From Candidatus Altarchaeum sp. (GTDB taxonomy: Archaea; Altiarchaeota; Altiarchaeia; Altiarchaeales; Altiarchaeaceae): DNA of 31,538 bases. How positions within the stretch are numbered: position 1 is the stretch's first letter; every line of letters begins with the position of its first letter. Positions 27,869 to 31,538 of the stretch are shown in pieces. The translations under genes and the position numbers were made by a program. The notes under the pieces were generated by a model. It saw only the letters and a list, made by a program, of their open reading frames with translations, was not told where the DNA came from and did no database searches. The stretch lies in NCBI GenBank assembly GCA_018260615.1, contig JAGWDQ010000079.1:19391-50928 (forward strand), given 5' to 3'.

Positions 27869-28825
27869 TTATTGTGATTTTTTTATTTCTTTTAATTCTA
27901 TCTTTTGCATTGGAATATATCCTCCTTGAGCATACAAATAATTTTCCATTTTTACAATTATCCTTCTGTTTTTGTCTACATAAAAAAGGTATCTGTTTTT
28001 TTGGTTATATGTTCCAGAGTATCCTTCGTAAATTTGTTCAACTTTAAAGCAATCAAATCCATTTACTTTTTCAGATCCTACAACCGTTAATTCCGAATAA
28101 TATCCTTCTTTTTTTCCATTCCTTTCCTTTACTTCATCAATAATAAATTTTGTCTTTTCATCAAGGCAAGTTATCCAATCCTCGAAGTGAAAGAGACTGT
28201 CTACCGGATTTAACCTTCTATTAACATTGCTATATGCTTTATCACTTTCTGTTTTTGGTTTTTGTGCATCAGTTGATGTCGGCATAAATATATACTTAGA
28301 AATGTTATCCTTATTTATTCCAATAACCTCTTTTTTAAAAATAAAAGCATTTTCTGTTTCTGTAAAATGTTGGCCGTCTTTGGTATAACATGTATAAGGT
28401 GCTTCTGCTTCCTCAATCCTTACAATGTAATAATCGCTTTTATTTATTCTCTCAATTTTATCTATATATACAAATACATCCGCCTCGGAGGCATCGCATA
28501 TTTCAGGGGGGATTTCAGAGGATTTAAATGTTTGTTTTTTTGCAAGCATTGCGTTATTTATGTTATCCCATACATGATAAACATAAACATCTCCGACATC
28601 AATTTGCACCTTTCCCGTTGGTGTTAAATTTTCAAATCCTATATGAACCGACTTTATTATTTTTACATCTTTTTCAGAAATTATTGTGCTGTTTTCATCC
28701 GTTGTATTTTCTATAGTTTTATTTTCCTTTTCTTCACTATTTAAGCAACCGGAAATAGATAAAATAAGGATGAATATCGCCACAAATCCTATTCCTGTTA
28801 TTAATTTTAAATATTTTGGCTTCAT
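27869..28825 (-). CDS. Putative lipoprotein, paralogue of 30030-30956
   Basis: Lipobox-like LSISGCL. Shares PTG.v.I.VG..Y.Y, E.ING..YY, E.vNgFDCFKV and YVDK..RI.VK...AxGGYIP with the paralogue. Confidence 0.75.
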   Translation of the reverse strand: MKPKYLKLITGIGFVAIFILILSISGCLNSEEKENKTIENTTDENSTIISEKDVKIIKSVHIGFENLTPTGKVQIDVGDVYVYHVWDNINNAMLAKKQTFKSSEIPPEICDASEADVFVYIDKIERINKSDYYIVRIEEAEAPYTCYTKDGQHFTETENAFIFKKEVIGINKDNISKYIFMPTSTDAQKPKTESDKAYSNVNRRLNPVDSLFHFEDWITCLDEKTKFIIDEVKERNGKKEGYYSELTVVGSEKVNGFDCFKVEQIYEGYSGTYNQKNRYLFYVDKNRRIIVKMENYLYAQGGYIPMQKIELKEIKKSQ

Positions 28826-30033
28826 TTTTTAACGATTGATTCATTTATTCGTTCATAAATTGTTGAATATTTAGCAAAACCATGTAATTCTGCCGATGAA
28901 TTCATAAATAGTATAGTTTTATCTTTCTTATCTATCCATATTGATGTGTCACTCTCAAATAAATCATAAGGTGTTTTTTGTTTCAATTTCTCTTCTATTT
29001 TATATGTTTCTATTCCTCTGAAAATTTCTGTCCCTAAAAAATTTATATTTCTAATAGTTTCTATAGATAGCATTTTTTCCTTTTCTACCTCTTTCTCAAG
29101 ATAATCTGCGGTTAGGTTGTGATCCATTACACTACAAAGAGGTTTTTTATCCGTATAATTTTTTTGAATTATTATGCCTTTTGTTGAATTTTTTGTATAA
29201 GAAATGTTAAATATTTCCGTAGCACAATAACAATGCTTCTTGCCATCATCTTTGTATTGTACTGAACAGTTTTGTACATTTCGGACTTCAACTGGGGTAA
29301 CATCTATTACATCGCGTTTCTCAGTTATTGTAACATTTTCAGGTTCAAATTTGCCAAACCCTATTAAATAAAGAGGATGAAGTATGCTAATTTCTGAATC
29401 AATGTCATCATATATTGTAAGTAAATAATCTTCTAAATAATCTTCTTCTGTTTTTTCATTAAAAGTGTTAGAATAAAGTATATCGGAGGGAAATTCATAT
29501 TCTCTTTTATCTTCAGGAATACTCTTTAATTTTCCATCCGTTGTTACTTCATACGGAATTTTAACTAATTTAATATCCCCTGTTTGAGCATTCATATATT
29601 CAATAGTTTCATAAAAATTCTCGGAATAAAAAAACCCATTAGGAACATCATCTAATTTGCTTTCTGCAACAATATACCTTGTATTGTTAATTAATTCTTC
29701 TTTTGTATATATAGTAATATTGGCTTCTGATAGTTTTCCGTGAGTGTCTATTTTTAATACATATCTATAAATCCTATTATAGGTTTCATTTTTGTTTATA
29801 TTTGCACTTATATTTGCAGATAAATTTTGTCGTGGTGGCGTTGTTTGTGTTATATTTATGGAAGAATTTTGAGTATCCGGTGAAGTATTTTTTATACCTA
29901 ATAATTCAGAAGAATGGTTTTCTTGAGTATGATTTTCTTTTTGTATGCTTCCTGACTGTTCAATAGTGAAAAAATAAATCACAATTCCCACAATTACAAT
30001 AAGCAGAGCCACTAAAAATATTTTTTTATTCAT
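28822..30033 (-). CDS. N-terminally anchored extracellular protein, distantly similar to the flanking lipoproteins
   Basis: N-terminal TM, sequon-rich linker, C-terminal E.FRG.ETYKI...WIDKKDKTILF echoing the neighbours' tails. ATGA overlaps with both neighbours. Confidence 0.7.
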   Translation of the reverse strand: MNKKIFLVALLIVIVGIVIYFFTIEQSGSIQKENHTQENHSSELLGIKNTSPDTQNSSINITQTTPPRQNLSANISANINKNETYNRIYRYVLKIDTHGKLSEANITIYTKEELINNTRYIVAESKLDDVPNGFFYSENFYETIEYMNAQTGDIKLVKIPYEVTTDGKLKSIPEDKREYEFPSDILYSNTFNEKTEEDYLEDYLLTIYDDIDSEISILHPLYLIGFGKFEPENVTITEKRDVIDVTPVEVRNVQNCSVQYKDDGKKHCYCATEIFNISYTKNSTKGIIIQKNYTDKKPLCSVMDHNLTADYLEKEVEKEKMLSIETIRNINFLGTEIFRGIETYKIEEKLKQKTPYDLFESDTSIWIDKKDKTILFMNSSAELHGFAKYSTIYERINESIVKK

Positions 30034-30956
30034 CTTAAAATTTTTGCATCTTTTAATTCAAATTTCTCCCAGGGAATATATCCTCCATGAGCAAATACAT
30101 AATGCTCATATTTTACAGCAATTCTTTTATATTTGTCAACATATATTATATCTTTTGCTTGTATCTGTTTTTGCATGTCGTTAGGTGATGATAATGCATA
30201 TATTCTTTGTACTTTGAAGCAATCAAATTTATTTATTTTTTCTTCACCAATTACATTGGTTTCTATATTTTCTTCTAGTGTATTTTTGTCCATCTCGATA
30301 TAGTTTTTCTCAGCAAAACTAACACTTTCATTTAAGTATAACATCCATGGTTCATAAATCTGGGTTTCATAACACAACCCAAAATTTTTTCCGAGAGGAA
30401 TAGGATAAGCAGAAATATTATTCTTGTTTATACCAATCCTACAGCCCCCATAAATAAATGGATTATCTTTTTCATTAGGATATATTGCTTTTCCAACAGT
30501 CACTTTTATTATTTTCCCATTCACATTATGATAACATACTGGATATATTTCTCTTCTTTCTGACTGCAACACATAATAATTGCTTCCATTTATTCGTTCA
30601 GTTTTTTCTACATCTAAAAATATATCAAATCTAATTGGTTCGCACCATACATCATTCGAGGAGTTTGGTAAAAGAGATCTTGCATTTATAATAGGATTAT
30701 CATAAATAGAGTATGTATAAATCTCTCCAACATTTATATGCAGATTTCCTGTTGGTTTTAATGATCCTATACTTACAACATTAGTTATTTTAATTTCTTT
30801 TTCTTGGGTCATAAAATCTTCGTCCATATCATAAGTTATATTTGACGGTTTATTCTCTTTACTTATGCATCCTGAAAATAACAGTATAAACAGTACTATT
30901 ATGCTTGCATATAAAAATAGCAAGTGATTGATAAAGTAATTTATATTTTTAGACAT
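30030..30956 (-). CDS. Putative lipoprotein
   Basis: Start at ATG 30956 (MSKNINY...ILLFSGCIS, lipobox-like). The ORF-track extension to 31082 overlaps the upstream gene and is likely non-coding. Confidence 0.75.
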   Translation of the reverse strand: MSKNINYFINHLLFLYASIIVLFILLFSGCISKENKPSNITYDMDEDFMTQEKEIKITNVVSIGSLKPTGNLHINVGEIYTYSIYDNPIINARSLLPNSSNDVWCEPIRFDIFLDVEKTERINGSNYYVLQSERREIYPVCYHNVNGKIIKVTVGKAIYPNEKDNPFIYGGCRIGINKNNISAYPIPLGKNFGLCYETQIYEPWMLYLNESVSFAEKNYIEMDKNTLEENIETNVIGEEKINKFDCFKVQRIYALSSPNDMQKQIQAKDIIYVDKYKRIAVKYEHYVFAHGGYIPWEKFELKDAKILR

Positions 30957-31051
30957 TTTTGATTGTTTAAATTGATAAGTTAAAAATAAAAAATAAAAAA
31001 TGGTTTGCCTTTTTTGGTTGTCTATTCTTTTCCTATTTTTGTTTCTATACT

Positions 31052-31396
31052 TTAATATCGGTACACTGATGCATACGCCCAATTACTACTTCCTCCTGCT
31101 CTTGCATATGCTCCTATTGTGTATGGCCACCCGTAAGAAAAAGTAGCGTTTTCTTTATCATAATTACCAGAATTGCCTATTGCTTCTGCTATTGCATCTA
31201 CACTGCCCCCCTCCGAAATACTACTTTCACATAATTTACACACGTAGTAACCGGAAAAAGTACCACAATCTCCCTCTTTATCCAATGTATCTCCACTAAT
31301 ATCTGTTGTTACCTGCGCAGCACTCACCGAACTCGCCATCATTCCCACTATCGCTATTCCAACCAGCATTACCAATATTCCTATTTTAAAATCCAT
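31052..31396 (-). CDS. Small secreted protein (about 114 aa precursor)
   Basis: MDFKIGILVMLVGIAIVGMMASSVSA|A signal peptide, then a Gly/Ser/Tyr-rich mature part with three Cys. Start at 31396 preferred over 31441. Confidence 0.7.
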   Translation of the reverse strand: MDFKIGILVMLVGIAIVGMMASSVSAAQVTTDISGDTLDKEGDCGTFSGYYVCKLCESSISEGGSVDAIAEAIGNSGNYDKENATFSYGWPYTIGAYARAGGSSNWAYASVYRY

Positions 31397-31538
31397 TTTG
31401 CTACAATCTTTACCTTTTAGGTTTAAACCGTAACTATACAAAATTTGCGTAATCTAAATTCTACATAAATTACACAAAACCTACAAGTTATGGGTTAAAT
31501 TTTACTAACTGCCCTCTACAGGGACATAAGCTGTCAGC

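Overview
AT-rich archaeal chromosomal segment. The evidence is archaeal-type aIF5B/IF2, SecD/SecF, PheRS-beta, AMP phosphorylase, SGC-type lipoproteins and sequon-rich surface proteins. The low GC and mix of archaeal core genes with bacterial-type imports would fit a Ca. Altiarchaeum-like organism, but that is inference only. Housekeeping genes (AMP phosphorylase, NDP-sugar pyrophosphorylase, purF, an N-terminal-only pheT, cobC-cobU, secF-secD, infB) alternate with accessory genes. The accessory genes are two surface proteins with C-terminal dockerin-like EF-hand motifs, two membrane-anchored FDKIPNA-repeat paralogues, a double-SWIM SNF2 ATPase next to an AlbA/Schlafen-ATPase-HTH gene, two orphan antitoxin-like genes, and a small secreted protein followed by paralogous lipoproteins. 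The most striking non-genic signal is a two-tier intergenic repeat system. A ~100-bp imperfect-palindromic element appears three times: once empty and twice carrying REP-like hairpin modules inserted at different positions. Free arrays of the same hairpin modules also bracket the SNF2/AlbA cassette in inverted orientation. Several gene-end scars are present: a 208-bp copy of the AMP phosphorylase 3' region, a DNA-ligase C-terminal remnant, and a duplicated cobC start. No rRNA, tRNA, CRISPR array, transposase, integrase or reverse transcriptase was recognised.
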